This document shows, one piece after another, positions 1-16,967 of a stretch of DNA of 64,000 nucleotides. Positions within the stretch are counted from its first letter, which is position 1. Every line of letters starts with the position of its first letter. Source of the DNA: Eledone cirrhosa (taxonomy: Eukaryota); the NCBI GenBank assembly GCA_964016885.1, contig OZ024757.1, forward strand, positions 4,216,001 through 4,280,000, in the 5' to 3' direction. Both the position numbers and the translations under genes were made by a program. The notes below the pieces were generated by a model that ran no database searches, had not been told where the DNA came from, and saw only the letters and a program-made list of their open reading frames with translations.

Positions 1-3000
1 CTATAGCTATATGTATACTATATACCATAGCTACATATAAGCTATATGTTTTAACTACATATACACTATATAATATAGCTGCATTTATACTATATACTAT
101 AGCTATATATATACTATATACTAGGGCTACATCTATATTATATACTATAGCTATATATATATACTATATATTATAGCTATATATATATACTATATACTGT
201 AGCTATATCTATACTATAAACCATAGATACATATATACTATAACTACATATATACTATACACAATAGCTACACATATATAATATATTATAGCAACATATA
301 TACTATATAATATAGCTATATATATATACTATATGCTATAGATATATATATATATTATATTCTATAGCTATATATGTACTCTATTCTATAGCTATATATA
401 TATACTATATACTATAGCTATATATATATACTAACTACTATAGCTATATATATGCTATATACTATAACTACATATATACAATATACTATAGCTATATATA
501 TATACTATACACTATAACTATATATATGTACTATATACTATAGCTACATATATACTATATACAATAGCTACATATATATTATATACTATAGCTATATATA
601 GATACTATATACTATAGGTACATATATACGATATACTATAGCTACATATATACTATATACTATAGCTACATATATATATTATATACTATAGCAATATATA
701 TTCTATATACCATAGCGACATATATATTATATACTATAGCTACATATATACTATATAATATAACTACATATATACTACATATTATAGCAATATATATACA
801 ATATACTATAGCTTCATATATACTATATACTATAGCTATATATATACTATATCTTATAGCTATATATATACTATATCTTATAGCTATATATATACTATAT
901 CTTATAGCTATATATATACTATATATTATAGCTATATATATACTATAGCTATATATATTCTATATATTATAGTTACATATATATTATATATTATAGCTAT
1001 ATATATTCTATCTATTATAGCTACATATATATTATATACTATAGCTATATATATATACTATATAATATAGCTATATATATATATATACTATATACTATAT
1101 CTATATACATATAATATACTATATACTATATCTATATACATATAATATACTATAGCTATATATATATACTATATACTATAGCTATATATATACTATATAC
1201 TATAGCTATATATATATAACATATACTATAGCTACATAAATACTATATAATATAGCTATATATATACTATATATAATAACTACATATATACTATAGCTAT
1301 ATATATATACTATATACTATATACAATAGTTACATATATACTATAGCTATATATATACTTTAGCTATATATATACTATATACTATAACTACATATATACT
1401 ATATATTATAGCTATATATATACTATATACTATAGCTACATATATACTATATACTATAGCTATATATATACTATATACTATAGCTATATATATACTATAT
1501 ACTATAGGTATATATATACTATATATCATAGCTACATATATACTATATACTATATAATATAGTTACATATATGCGATAGATATATATATATACTGTATAT
1601 TATAGCTATATATATACTATATAGCATAGCTACATATATACTATATAATATAGCTACATATATATTATAGCTACATATATACTATATACTAAAGCTATAT
1701 ATATTCTATATACCATAGCTACATAAATACTATATACTATAGCTATATATATATATACTATATACTATAGCTACATATATACTATAGCTATATATACGAT
1801 ATACCTTACCTATATATATACTATATATTGTAACTACATATTTAGTATATACTGTAGCTATATGTATACTATATACTATAGCTACAAATATACTATATAC
1901 TATAGCTATATATATACTATATACTATAGCTACAAATATACTATATACTATAGCTATATATATACTATATACTATAGCTACATATATACTCTACCTAGAT
2001 ATATATTAAATACTATAGCTATATATAGACTATATAATATAGCTATATATATATACTATATAATATATACACTATACACTATAGGTACATATATATCATA
2101 TACTATAGCTACATATATACTATATCATATAGCTACATATATACTATAGCTATATATATACTATATACTATAGCTATATATACTATAACCTATAGCTATA
2201 TATATATCATATACTCTAGCTACATATATACTATATACTATAGCTATAAATATATACTATATACATATCTACATATATAATATATACTGTAGCTATATAT
2301 ATATTATGTATTATAGCTACAAATATGTTATATTCTATAGCTACATATATACTATATACGTTAGCTCTATATATACTATAGGTATATATATACTATATAC
2401 CATAGCTATATATATAGTATATACTATTGCTGCATATATACTATATAATATAGATACATATATACTATAGCTACATATATACTATAGCTATATATATATA
2501 TACTAAATCTATATATATACTATAGCTGCATATATACTATATACCATTGCTATATATATACTATATACTATAGCTACATATATACTATATACTATAGCTA
2601 TATATATACTATATACTATAGATTTATCTATACTATATAACATAGCTACATATATACTATATACTCTATCTATATATATACTATATCCTATAGCTACATA
2701 TATACTATATACTATAGCTACATATATACTATATACTATAGCTACATATATACTATATACTATAGCTACGTATATACTATATACTATAGCAATATATATA
2801 CTATATACTATACCTACATATATAGTATATATTGTACCTATATACGTACTATGTACTCTAGGTATATATATATATATACTATATACTATAGCTACAACTA
2901 TATTATATACTACAGCTATATATATACTATAGTTATATATATACTATGTACTAGAGCCATATATATATACTATATACTATAGCTACATATATACTATAGC

Positions 3001-4427
3001 TATATATATATACAATATACTATAGCTATATATATACTATATAACATAGCTACATATATACGATATACTATACCTATATATATACTATATGCTGTAACTA
3101 CATATATACTATATCTACATATAGTCTATATACTATAGCTATGTATATACATACTATATACTATAGCTATATATATACTATATACTATAGCTATATATAT
3201 ACTATATAACATAGCTACATATATACTATATACTAAAGCTATATATATATACTATATACTATAGCTACATATATACTATATATTATATCTACATATATAC
3301 TATAGAAATATAGCTACATATATACTATATACTATAGCTATATATATACTATATACTATAGCTATATATATACTATATACTATAGCTATATATATATACC
3401 ATATAATATAGCTATATATATATCATATACTCTAGCTATATATATACTATATACTGTAGTTATATATATACTATATACTAAAGCTATATATATACTATAT
3501 AATATAGATATATATATATACTATATAATATAGCTACATATATACTGTATACTATAGCTATATATATATACTATATAATTTCGCTATATATATACTATAT
3601 ACTATAGCTATATATATATTATGTACTATAGCTATATATATACTATATACTATAGCTATATATATATTATGTACTATAGCTATATATATACTATATACTA
3701 TAGCTATATATATATATACTATATATCATAGCTAGCTATATAGTATAAACTATAGCTACATATATACTATATACTATATACAATATAGGTATTTACTATA
3801 GATATATATATACTATATACAATAGCTACATATATACTATAGCTATATATATACTATATACTATAACTACATATATACTATATACTATATCTATATATAT
3901 ATATATACTATAGCTATATATATATACTATATACTATAGTTACATATATACTATATACTATAGCAAAATATATACTATATACTATAGCTATATATATACT
4001 GTAGCAAAATATATACTATATACTATAGCTATATATATATATACTATATACTATAGCTAGAGCTATATATATATACAATATAGAATGTCTATATATATAC
4101 TATATCCTAAAGTTGCATATGTACTATATACTATAGCTATATATATACTAGAGCTACATATCTACTATATAATATAGCTATATATATACTATATAATATA
4201 AGTATATATATACTATATACTATTGCTATATATATACTATATAACATAGCTACATATATACTATATACTATAGCTACATATATACTATCTACTATCGCTA
4301 CAAATATACTATATACGATAGCTATATATATACTATATACTATCGCTATATATATACTATAGCAATATATATACTATATTCTAAAGCTACATATATACTA
4401 TAGCTATATATAGACTATATAATATAG

Positions 4428-4459
<32 letters not shown>

Positions 4460-7400
4460 TATATACTATAGCTACATATATAGTATATATTATAGCTATC
4501 TATGTACTATGTTCTATAGCTATATATGTACTATATACAATAGCTACTTCTATATTATGTACTATAGCTATATATATAAAATATACTATAGCTATATATA
4601 TACTATATACTATAGCTATATATATACTATATACTATAACCACATATATACTATATACTATAGCTATATATATATACAAAATAATATAGCTATATATATA
4701 TATACTATATACTATAGCTATTTATATACTATAGCTATATATATATACTAGATACTACAGCTATATATATAATATATACTATACCTATATATCATATACT
4801 ATAGCTACATATATACTATATACTATAGCTATATATATACTATATACTATAGCAATATATTTACTATATAATATAGCAATATATGTACAATATACTATAG
4901 CTATATATATACGATATACTGTAGCTACATAAATACTATAGCTACATATATACTATATACGATAGCTATATATATAATATATACTATAGCTACATATAAA
5001 CTCTAACTATATTATATACTACATTCTCTAGCTATATATATACAATATAGTGTAGCTACATATATACCATATACTATAGCTATATAGATACTATATATTA
5101 TAACTAGATATATACTATATACTACATCTATATATATACTATGTACTATAGCTACATATATACTATATACTATAGCTACATATATACTAGATACTATAGC
5201 TATATATATACTATAGCTATATATATAATATATACTATAGCTATATATATATATATATATATATATACACTATATACTATAGCTACATATATACTATATA
5301 TTATGGGTATATATATACTATATATCATAGCTACATATATACTATATACTATAGCTACATATATGCTATAGATATATATATACTATATACAATAGCTATG
5401 TATATACTATATAGCATAGCTTCAAATATACTATATACTATAGCTATATATATTTTATATATCATAGCTAAATATATACTATATACTATAGCTACTTATA
5501 TACTAAACACTATAGCTATATATATATACTATATACTATAACTATATATATTTACTATATAAAATAGCTACATATATAATATATACTATAATTATATATA
5601 TTCTATATACCATAGCTACATATATACTATAGATATATATATATATATACTATATAATATAGCTATATATATATACTATATACTATAGCTATATATATAC
5701 TATATAATATAGCCACATATATTTTATATACTGTAGCTATACATATACTATATACTATAGCTACATATATACTATATACTATAGCTATATATATATTATA
5801 TACTATTACTAGATATATACACTAGATCTATATATACTAAATACTATAGCTATATATATACTATATACAGTAGCTACGTATATACTATATACTACAGCTA
5901 TATATATACTATATAATATATCTATATATATATACTATATACTATAACTATATATATGCTATACACTATAGCTACATATATACCATATAATATAGGTACA
6001 TATATATTATATGATATAGCCATATATATACTATAGCTATATATATATTATGTACTATAGCTACATATATACTATATACTATAGCTATATATATACGATA
6101 TACTATAGCTATATATATATTATGTACTATAGCTACATATATAGTATATACTATAGATAATATATACGATAGCTATATATATGATTTTGGTATATATAAT
6201 ATATATTACAGCTACATATATACTATAGAAATATAGCTACATATATACTATATACTATAGCTATATATATATATATACTATATACTATAGCTATATATAT
6301 ATATACCATATAATATAGCTATATATATATATTTATATACTCTAGCTATATATATACTATATACTGTAGCTACATATATACTATATACTATATCTATATA
6401 TATACAAGATATAATAGCTATATATATACAATAGCTATATATATACTATATACTATACCTATATATATATATACACTATATACTAATAACATATAATCTA
6501 TATCTTATACGTATATATATACTATATATCATAGCTACATATATACTATATACTATAGCTACATATATACTATATACTATAGCTACATATATGCTATAGA
6601 TATATATATACTGTATACTATAGCTATATATATACTATATAGCATAGCTATATACTAGATACTATATACTAGATACTATAGCTCCATATATACTATATAC
6701 TATACCTGTATATATTCTATATACCATAGCTCCATATATACTATATACTATAGCTATATATATACTATATACTATAGCTATATATATATACTATATAAAA
6801 TATCTACATATATATTATAATTATATATATTCTAATTACCATAGCTACATATATACCATATACTATAGCTACATATATACTATATACGTTAGCTATATAT
6901 ATACTATAGGTATATATATACTATATACCACGGCTACATATATAGTATATACTATATCTACATATATACTATAGACTATAGTTTTTTATACATACTATAT
7001 ACTATAACTACATATATACTATATACTATATCTATATAATATAGCTATATATATACTATATGCTGTAGCTACATATATAATATATATTATAGCTATATAT
7101 ATACTATATAATATAGATATATATATACTATTTAAATAGCTATATATATACTATATACTATAGCTACATATATAACATATACTATAGCTACATATATATT
7201 ATATACTATAGCTATATATATACTATTTTCCATAGCTATATATATACTATAGCTATATATATTATGTAATATAGCTACATACATACTATATACTATAGCT
7301 ACATATATACTATATACGTCAGCAATATATATACTATAGGTATATATATACTATATACCATAGCTACATATATAGTATATACTATATCTACATATAAACT

Positions 7401-7757
7401 ATATACTATAAATTATAGCTATATATATACTATATATTATAACTACATATATACTCTATACTATATCTATATATATATATACTATATACTATAATTATAT
7501 ATATATACTATATACTATAGCTATATATATACTATATTTTATAACTATATATAAATATACCATATACTATGGCTATATATATATATAATATGATCTAGCT
7601 ATATATATACTATATACTATAGCAATATATATAATATATACTATAGCTATATATATACTATAGCTGCATATATACTATATAATATAGCTATATATATATA
7701 CTATAGCTTCATATATACTAAATATTATAGCTATAGTTATATATATATTATATATAG

Positions 7758-7812
7758 ATGTAAGTATGTATGTATACGTACATACATATATGTATACAGA
7801 CGTACAGTAGCA

Positions 7813-7894
<82 letters not shown>

Positions 7895-8138
7895 CATACA
7901 GGTACACATACATATATGCACGCATCAGTTTAGCGGACGATTGCCGCTTTGTTCGGGTGCTGATGACAGCTAACAAGCTTGAAACTAGTACATCGTTCCT
8001 GTGTCAGTGTTGAACAAAAAGGTGACGTGGTTGCCTTAACACCGTATGGCATAAATTCAGGCTGTTCAGTTTGTTGACAAGCGAACAAAGCGGAAATCGT
8101 CCGCTAAACTGATGGGTGCATATATGTATGTGTACCTG

Positions 8139-8216
<78 letters not shown>

Positions 8217-8320
8217 TGCTACTGTACGTCTGTATACATATATGTATGTACGTATACATACATACTTACATTTAGGTAAGTGCCATACTAACAGTGAGAA
8301 ATGAAATTTTTTTCACCTTA
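7758..8320 (+). mobile_element. Non-coding Penelope pLTR/retrozyme-like foldback insert within the satellite
   Basis: Inverted arms ~7758-7954 and ~8082-8272 each contain a (TA)n tract, and a hammerhead motif lies in the spacer. Related to the module at 42286-43245 (shared catacatatatgtatacagacgtacagtag and gtcagtgttgaacaaa). Confidence 0.75.
7955..7995 (+). ncRNA. Type I minimal hammerhead ribozyme motif
   Basis: ggtg-CTGATGA-c-AGCT-aaca-AGCT-t-GAAA-CTAG-TA-catc: core boxes, palindromic stem III (ACTAGT), GUA cleavage triplet, short stem I. The 10.1/11.1 position is unpaired (C/U). Confidence 0.65.
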
Positions 8321-11300
8321 TACCATATAGAATATCTACATATATACTATATCCTATAGCACATATATACTATATACTATAGCTATATATATACTATAAT
8401 ATAATATAGCTATATCAATACTCTATACTATAGCTACATATATCCTATATACTATAGCTATATATATACTATATCCTATAACTATATATATACTATATCC
8501 TATAGCTACTTATATACTATATACTATAGCAATATATATACTATATACTATAGCTACATATATACTATAGCTACATATATTCTATAGCTACATATCGACT
8601 ATATACTATAGCTATATATACTATAGCTACATATATAGTATATATTATAACTATATATGTACTATGTACTATAGCTATATACTATATACTATAGCTACAT
8701 CTATATTATATATAATAGCTATATATATAAAATATAATATAGTTATATATATACTATATACTATAGCTATATATATACTCTATACTATAGCTATATATTT
8801 AATATATACTATAGCTACATATATACTATATACTATAGCTATATATATATACTATATACTATATACTATAGCTATATATATATATACTATATATTATATC
8901 TATATATATACTATATAATATAGCTATATATATATATACCATATACTATAGCTACATATATACTATATACTATAGCTATATATATACTATATACTATAGC
9001 TATATATATACTATATACTATAGCTATATATATAATATATACTATAGCTACATATATACTATATACTATAGCTATATATATATACTATATACTATAGCTC
9101 TATACTAGAGCTATATATATATATACTATATACTATAGCTATATATATATACTATATACTATAGATATATATATACTATATACTATAGCTATATATATAA
9201 TATATACTATAGCTACATATATACTATATACTATAGCAATATATATACTACATACTATAGCTTTATATATACTATATAACATAGCTATATATATATAATA
9301 TACTATAGCTATATATATAATATATACTATAGCTACATATATACTATAGCGAAATATATACTATATAATATAGCTATATATATAATATATACTATAGCTA
9401 CATATATACTCTAGCTATATATATTCTATATACTACAGCTATATATATACTATATACTACAGCTATATATATACTATATACTGTAGCTACATATATACTA
9501 TATAGTATAGCTATATATTTTCTATATACTATAGCTAATTATATACCATATACTATAGCTATATACATACTATATATTATAGCGAGACTTATACTATATA
9601 CTACAGCTGTATATATGCAAGTACTATAGCTATATATATACTATATACTATAGCTACATATTTACTATATACTATAGCTATATATATAATATATACTATA
9701 GCTATATATATATACACACTATATACTATAGCTACATATATACTACATACTATATACTACATATATGCTATAGATATATATATTCTATATACTATAGCTA
9801 TATATATACGATATACCATAGCTACCTATATATTATATACTGTGACTACATTTATACTATAGCTACATATATATTATATACTGTAGCTATATATATACTA
9901 TATACTATAGCTACATATATACTAAATACTATAGCTATATATATATACTATATACTGTAGCTACCTATATACTATAGCTATATATATACTATATAATATA
10001 TCTATATATGTACTATATAATATAGCTATATATATATATATACTATATACTATAGCTACATATATATTATATACTGTAGCTATATATATACTATATACTA
10101 TACCTACATATATACTATATACTATAGATACATACATACTATATACGATAGCTCTATATATATAATAGTATATATACACTATATATTATAGCTACATATA
10201 TACTATAGAAATATAGCTACATATATACTATATAATATAGCTATATATATACTATATAATATAGCTATATATATACTATATACTATAGCTATATATATAT
10301 ATACCATATACTATAGCTATATATATATCATATACTCTAGCTATATATATATTATATGCTGTAGCTACATATATAATATATACTATAGCTATATATATAC
10401 TATAGCTATATATATGCTATATACTATAACTATATATGTACTATAGCTATATATATATATTATGTAATATAGCTACATATATACTATATACTATAGCTAC
10501 ATATATCCTATATACGTTAGCTATATATATACTATAGGTATATATATACTATATACCATAGCTACATATATAGTATATACTATATCTATATATATACTAT
10601 ATACTATATATATAGCTATATATATACTATATACTATATCTACATATATACTATATACTATATCTATATGTATATATACTATAAACTATACCTATATATA
10701 TATACAATATACTATAGCTACATATATACTATATACTATATACTATAGATATATATATATATATACCATATACTATAGCTATATATGTATCATATGATCT
10801 AGCTATATATATACTATAGCAATATAGCTGCATATATACTATAAAATATAGCTATATATATATATACTATATACTATAGCTACATATATACTATATATTA
10901 TCGCTATAGCTATATATATATATACCATATACATTATATCTATATATATACTATATCCTATAGCTACATATATACTATATAGTTTAGCTATATATATACT
11001 ATATACTATAGCTTTATATATTCTATATACTATACCTATATCTATACTATATAACATAGCTACATATATACTATATATTATAGCTACATATCGACTATAA
11101 ACTATAGCTATATATATATACTATAGCTACATATATAGTATATATTATAGCTATATATGTACAATGTACTATAGCTATATACTATATACTATAGCTACAT
11201 CTATATTATATACTATAGCTATATATATAAAATATACTATAGTTATATATATACTATATACTATAGCTACATATATATTATATACTGTAGCTATATATAT

Positions 11301-13699
11301 ACTATATACTATACCTACATATATACTATATACTATAGATACATATATACTATATACGATAGCTCTATATATATTGGTATATATACACTATATATTATAG
11401 CTACATATATACTATAGACATATAGCTACATATATACTATATAATATAGCTATATATATACTATATAATATAGCTATATCTATACTATATACTATAGCTA
11501 TATATATATATACCATATACTATAGCTATATGTATATCATATACTCTAGCTATATATATATTATATGCTGTAGCTACATATATAATATATACTATAGCTA
11601 TATATATATACTATAGCTATATATATGCTATATACTATAACTATATATTTACTATAGCTATATATATATATTATGTAATATAGCTACATATATACTATTT
11701 ACTATAGCTACATATATCCTATATACGTTAGCTATATATATACTATAGGTATATATATACTATATAGCATAGCTACATATATAGTATATATTATATCTAC
11801 ATATATATCATATACTATAGATATAGCTATATATATACTATATACTATATCTACATATATACTATATCTATATATATATACTCTATACTATAGCTATATA
11901 TATATACAATATATTATATCTACATATATACTATATACTATATGCTATAGATATATATATATATACCATATACTATAGCTATATATTTATCATATGATCT
12001 AGCTATATATATATACTATATACTATAGCAATATATATACTATAGCTGCACATATACTATATAATATAGCTATATATATATATACTATATACTATAGCTA
12101 TATATATATATATACTATATACTATAGCTACATATATACTATATAGTTTAGCTATATATATACTATATACTATTACAATATATATTCTATATACTATATC
12201 TATACTATATACCATATCTACATATATACTATATATTATAGCTACATATCGACTATAAATTATAGCTATATATATATACTATAGCTACATATATATTATA
12301 TATTATAGCTATATATGTACAATGTACTATAGCTATATACTATATACTATAGCTACATCTATATTATATACTATAGCTATATATATAAAATATACTATAG
12401 TTATATATATACTATATACTATAGCTTTATATATACTATATACTATAGCTATATATATATACTATATACTATAGCTATATATACTATAGCTATATATATA
12501 TACTATATACTATAGCTATATATATATACCATATACTATAGCTACATATATACTATATACTATAGCTATATATATACTATATACTATAGCAATATATATA
12601 CTATATACTATAGCAATAAATTTACTATATACTATAGCTATATATATACTATATAACATAGCTACATATATATAATATACGATAGCTATATATATACTAT
12701 ATACTGTAGCTACATATATACTATATCTAAATATATACTATATACTATAGCTATATATACACTATATACTATAGCTACATATATACTATATACTATAGGT
12801 ATATATATATACTATATATCATAGCTACATATATACTATATCTCCATATATAGTATATACTATAGCTACATATATGCTATAGATATATATATTCTATATA
12901 CTATAGCTATATATATACTATATACCATAGCTACCTATATACTATATACTATAGCTACATATATACTATATACTATAGCTATATATATTCTCTATACCAT
13001 AACTACATATATATTATATACTATAACTATATATATTCTATATACCATAGCTACATATATAATATATACTATAGCTATATATATTTACTATATAATATAG
13101 CTATCTATATATACTATATACTATAGCTATATATATACTATATACTATAGCTGTATATATATACTATATACTATAGCTGTATATATATACGATATACTAT
13201 AGCTGTATATATATACGATATACTATTGCTATATATATACTATATACTATAGCTATTTATATATACCATATACTATAGCTACATAAATACTATATACTAT
13301 AGCTATATATATATATATACTATATAACATAGCTACATATATACGATATACTATACCTATATATATACTATATACTCTAACTACATATATACTATAGCTA
13401 CATATATACTATATAATGTAGCTATATATATACTATATACTATATCTACATATATACTATATACTATAGCTATATATATACTATATACTATAGCTACATA
13501 TATACTCTAGCTATATATATATACTAAATACTATAGCTATATATATACTATATACTGTAGCTTCATATATACTATATACTATAGCTATATATTTACTATA
13601 TAATATAGCTATATATTTACTATATAATATAGCTATATATATACTATATGATATAGCTATATATTTACTATATAATATAGCTATATATATACTATATAC

Positions 13700-16600
13700 T
13701 TCACGACTTCCAAAGATTCTCCAGCTGATGTTAATTCTGTTTCCCACGACTTCATACTTTTGCTCAACAACTGTCTGATGTTATCTGCCACCCTGAAGAT
13801 CTCTAGGATGTTGGTGATCCAAGAATGAGGTACCATGTCAAATGCCTTTTTTGTAGTCTATCCATCCCATGGCAAGACCAGTGTGTCTCCTCTTGCAATT
13901 CCTCATTGCCATCTTATCAATAAGTAGCTGGTCTTTTGTACTATCGGACTTCTTTCGGCATCCTTTCTGTTCGTCCGGTAACAAGTTATTTGTGTGGAGG
14001 TGATGGTAGATTTCCTCAGACACAATGCTTGTTAACAGTTTCCACATTACGTATAGACATGTGATAGGTCTGTATTTGGTAACATCATTATCCTTGATTC
14101 GGTCTTTCATTACCAGAATTGCGGTACCTTTTGTCAACCACTCTGGTACCTCACCTGATATCAAGCAGTCATTGAACATGGTTGTCAGTTTCGGGTGGAG
14201 GGATGTTATATTTTTAATCCAATACCCCTGCACACCATCTGGGCCTGGTGATTTCCATTTGGTTAGTTATTTGGGCTTGCCCTTTAAGAGTTTCAACTGT
14301 GATACTTAAACAGTTTGTTGGTGTGCTTGTTCACTAATCTCTTTTTGTACTGTCTCAATCCACACTGCCTGATCATTATGTTCAACATCCTGCTCCCATA
14401 TTCCTCTCCAGAATGTCTTAATCTGTTGCGCCTCAGGGATCAAGTCGTTGCCTCTTTCTTTCCCTTCAAGCTGCCCAAACAACGTCTTCTGGTTGTTGTC
14501 AAACATGCGGTTCTGTCTATACTGACTGACTCTGCTCTCATACCGCCTAATCTTAGCACTCTTTGCTACAATGCGTTGCTTCAGTTCCTCTATGATTATA
14601 TTTAGTCTTTTCCTCCTAGTTTTTTACTTTATTTCCGGTCTATTTTTAGTGTCTATGTTTTGTAGTGTCCCATTCAGTAGGGACTCAAGCTTTCCAATGT
14701 CATTTCTCATTTCCCGGATTTGACCATTCAGTCGTTTCTTCCACCAAGGTTCTGATCTTTCTTCTTTGTTGTTTCCTCTCGTTTTTATGCCAAGTAATTT
14801 CCTCACCGCATTTGCTGTTGCTTTGAGGATATTGTTTGTATTGGTGAAGGTTCCTCGCCTCAATATATGGGATGACTTTGTTTACCCTAGCTGTTGTTTC
14901 TTTTAACTTTTTCCTGTCTACAAATTTTAGGTTCATAGGTTTCCCACTATCATTGTTCATTTCATCTACCACTAAGTTTAGGATATCAACTAAATCTTGT
15001 CCTAGCCCGTCAGCATTCATTTCCTCAATGGCCGTATCTTTGTTCCAGATGTTATTTATGTCAGCATTCATATCATTGTCTGCTTCGGATGCCTCCTCCG
15101 GTCTCTCAACCTCTTCACCTTCATTTCCCACTGACTCGTTTGCCTGGCATACTCTACTTTCTATTTCCAACCTAATCTCTCTGCTCAGTTCCTCCAGTTC
15201 CAACTCGCTTACATCCATTAGTTCTTATTACCCGGGCCTGCCCGGCCAATTTTTGTTTATCTAATTTAAATAGACCAATCTCGTTCCAGATGTTATGCAT
15301 CCGTTTCCTATAGCCTTTTTCATTGTGGTTACTCTTCAGGTAACATTGCATAACAGTTCTATTCAATTCTTTCGTCCAGTTGGTTCTGGTCCCTTTCCTT
15401 CTTCTTCCTCCAACACCAGCAGTATTTGGATGACAGCAAGGTCCCTGCTGCTGGGCCAGGGAGCACTTGCTGGGTGAGAGTCTGTCACATGACATTCCAG
15501 TCTCCACTTCACCGTTATTCGAACTGTTTAGGTTCGACATTTAAACACTCTTATCGAGGATTGGTGAATGTATGGTTACATAACCACCAGTAATTTCATC
15601 ACCCCCAGTGTTTTCATCACCCCCGGTGATTTTAGTGTGGCACTATCACGCTGTAGACGAACATAAATAAATAAACAAATAAATAGATAAAAACTTTAAA
15701 AAATAAACATAAGTTTCATTGTAATGTTTGAATGTCTGACTTAGTTTTGTCTGACTGAGTTCAAATCCCGCCGAGGTTTACTTTGCCTTTCATCCTTACG
15801 GGGTCGATAAAATAAAGTACCAGTAATGTACTGGGATAATTGCTGGCCTTGTGCCAAAAGTAGAAACAATTATTTTGCCTTTATTGGCGGTGAATTGGCA
15901 GTATCGGTAGAGGGTCGGACGCCATGCTTTGACGTATAGAGTTACGGCCCTTGCCATTCTGAGTTCAAATCCCGCCGAGGTTAACTTTGCCTTTCATCCT
16001 TACGGGGTCGATAAAATAAAGTACCAGTAATCTACTGGGTAATTGCTGGCCTTGTGCCAAAAGTAGAAACAATTATTATTTTGCCTTTATGATCTGAGTT
16101 CAAATCCCGCCGAGGTTAACTTTGCCTATCATCCTTCCGGGGTCGATAGAATAAAGTACCAGTAATGCATTGGGTAATTGCTGGCCTTGTGCCAAAAGTA
16201 GAAACAATTATTATTTTGCCTTTCATCCTTACGGGGCCGACAAAACAAAGCACCAGCAACACACCGGGACAATTGCTGGCCCCGTGCCAAAAGCAGAAAC
16301 AATTATTATTATTATATTATAGGTTGATAAAAATAAAGTACCAGTAATGCACTGGTTAATTGCTGGCCTTGTGCCTGACATCGTTTAAACTAAACATTTT
16401 GAGAGAGTTTAGAGATACAATAACAATAATTATTTTGGTGTTGTTGTTAGCTGTTTGACCGGGTCACTAACCCAGTCTATTTATATCGTTTGATACCTTC
16501 CTCGCTTCTTTTCATGTGTAGCGGCACTACTACCACCCCTATCTTAACATGAGTTGTGAGGGAATAGTGGTGATAGCCATGATGCAGTGGTGGCGGTGGT

Positions 16601-16940
16601 GATGGAACAGCAGTAATATAGGGATGGTGCTGGTTTGTATTTGTATTTGGCTAGATTTTTTGTGGTAGTGTTGATGGCGGCGGTGGCGGTGGTGGTGTTG
16701 GTTGTGAAGTTATTTGGTTGTTGTTTTTTAGCCATTTTCTTTTCTGACTATAAAAGATTAAATATTATATGGGGCCCTATGCCATAATGTGATGCGTTGT
16801 CACTTCCTGAGAGTTAAGACTGATATCTTATGTTCCATTTGTAATAAGAATTATTCTATCACAATTGTTTTAAATATGTAAAAAATCAAAAACTTACGGG
16901 AGCAATTCCATAACACTCTATCCAGAATGTGCGTACCTTC
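13700..16940 (-). mobile_element. R4/Dong-clade non-LTR retrotransposon, family A (diverged subfamily A'), 5' half; frameshifted and 3'-truncated by the satellite
   Basis: ORF pieces 15172-15540, 14700-15218, 14624-14863, 14306-14506 and 13838-14233 align to the N-terminus and RT of the 1130-aa protein (WTKELNRTVMQCY, YRPITC, WIDYKK). The 5' end at ~16850-16940 matches 34810-34901. A SINE cluster sits in the leader. Confidence 0.9.
15755..16375 (+). mobile_element. Tandem cluster of tRNA-derived SINE copies (one near full-length at 15886-16080 plus partial copies)
   Basis: Pol III A-box-like TGGCAGTATCGG (15896) and B-box GAGTTCAAATCC (15961). Central CTTTCATCCTTACGGGGTCGATAAAATAAAGTACCAG resembles the MetaSINE core domain. 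Tail is (ATT)n. Confidence 0.88.
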
Positions 16941-16967
16941 GTTATTATTATTATTATTATTATTATT

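Larger units (their letters stand above)
1..13700. repeat. AT-rich degenerate minisatellite, unit ~21-24 bp (consensus approx. CTATATACTATAGCTA[C/T]ATATATA), with higher-order duplications
   Basis: Continuous reiteration of tatactatagcta(c/t)atata. G occurs almost only in TAGC on the + strand. The Y/I/T/A-rich ORFs are translations of the repeat. Confidence 0.97.

Noticed and set aside
8275-8294. GTAAGT followed by TACTAAC-AG (mini-intron-like)
   Set aside because: Too short to be an intron, and the motifs are not kept in the paralogue at ~42850-42870.
1-13700. CRISPR-like or telomeric array
   Set aside because: No unique spacers, no cas genes, no TTAGGG-type unit, and the context is eukaryotic.
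1347-13747. Tyr/Ile/Thr-rich ORFs in the satellite, and YI-repeat ORFs at 40.8-50.8 kb
   Set aside because: They are translations of stop-poor simple repeats in several frames, with no protein signal.
15886-15975. tRNA-like A and B boxes
   Set aside because: SINE head with extended spacing and no cloverleaf; not a tRNA gene.
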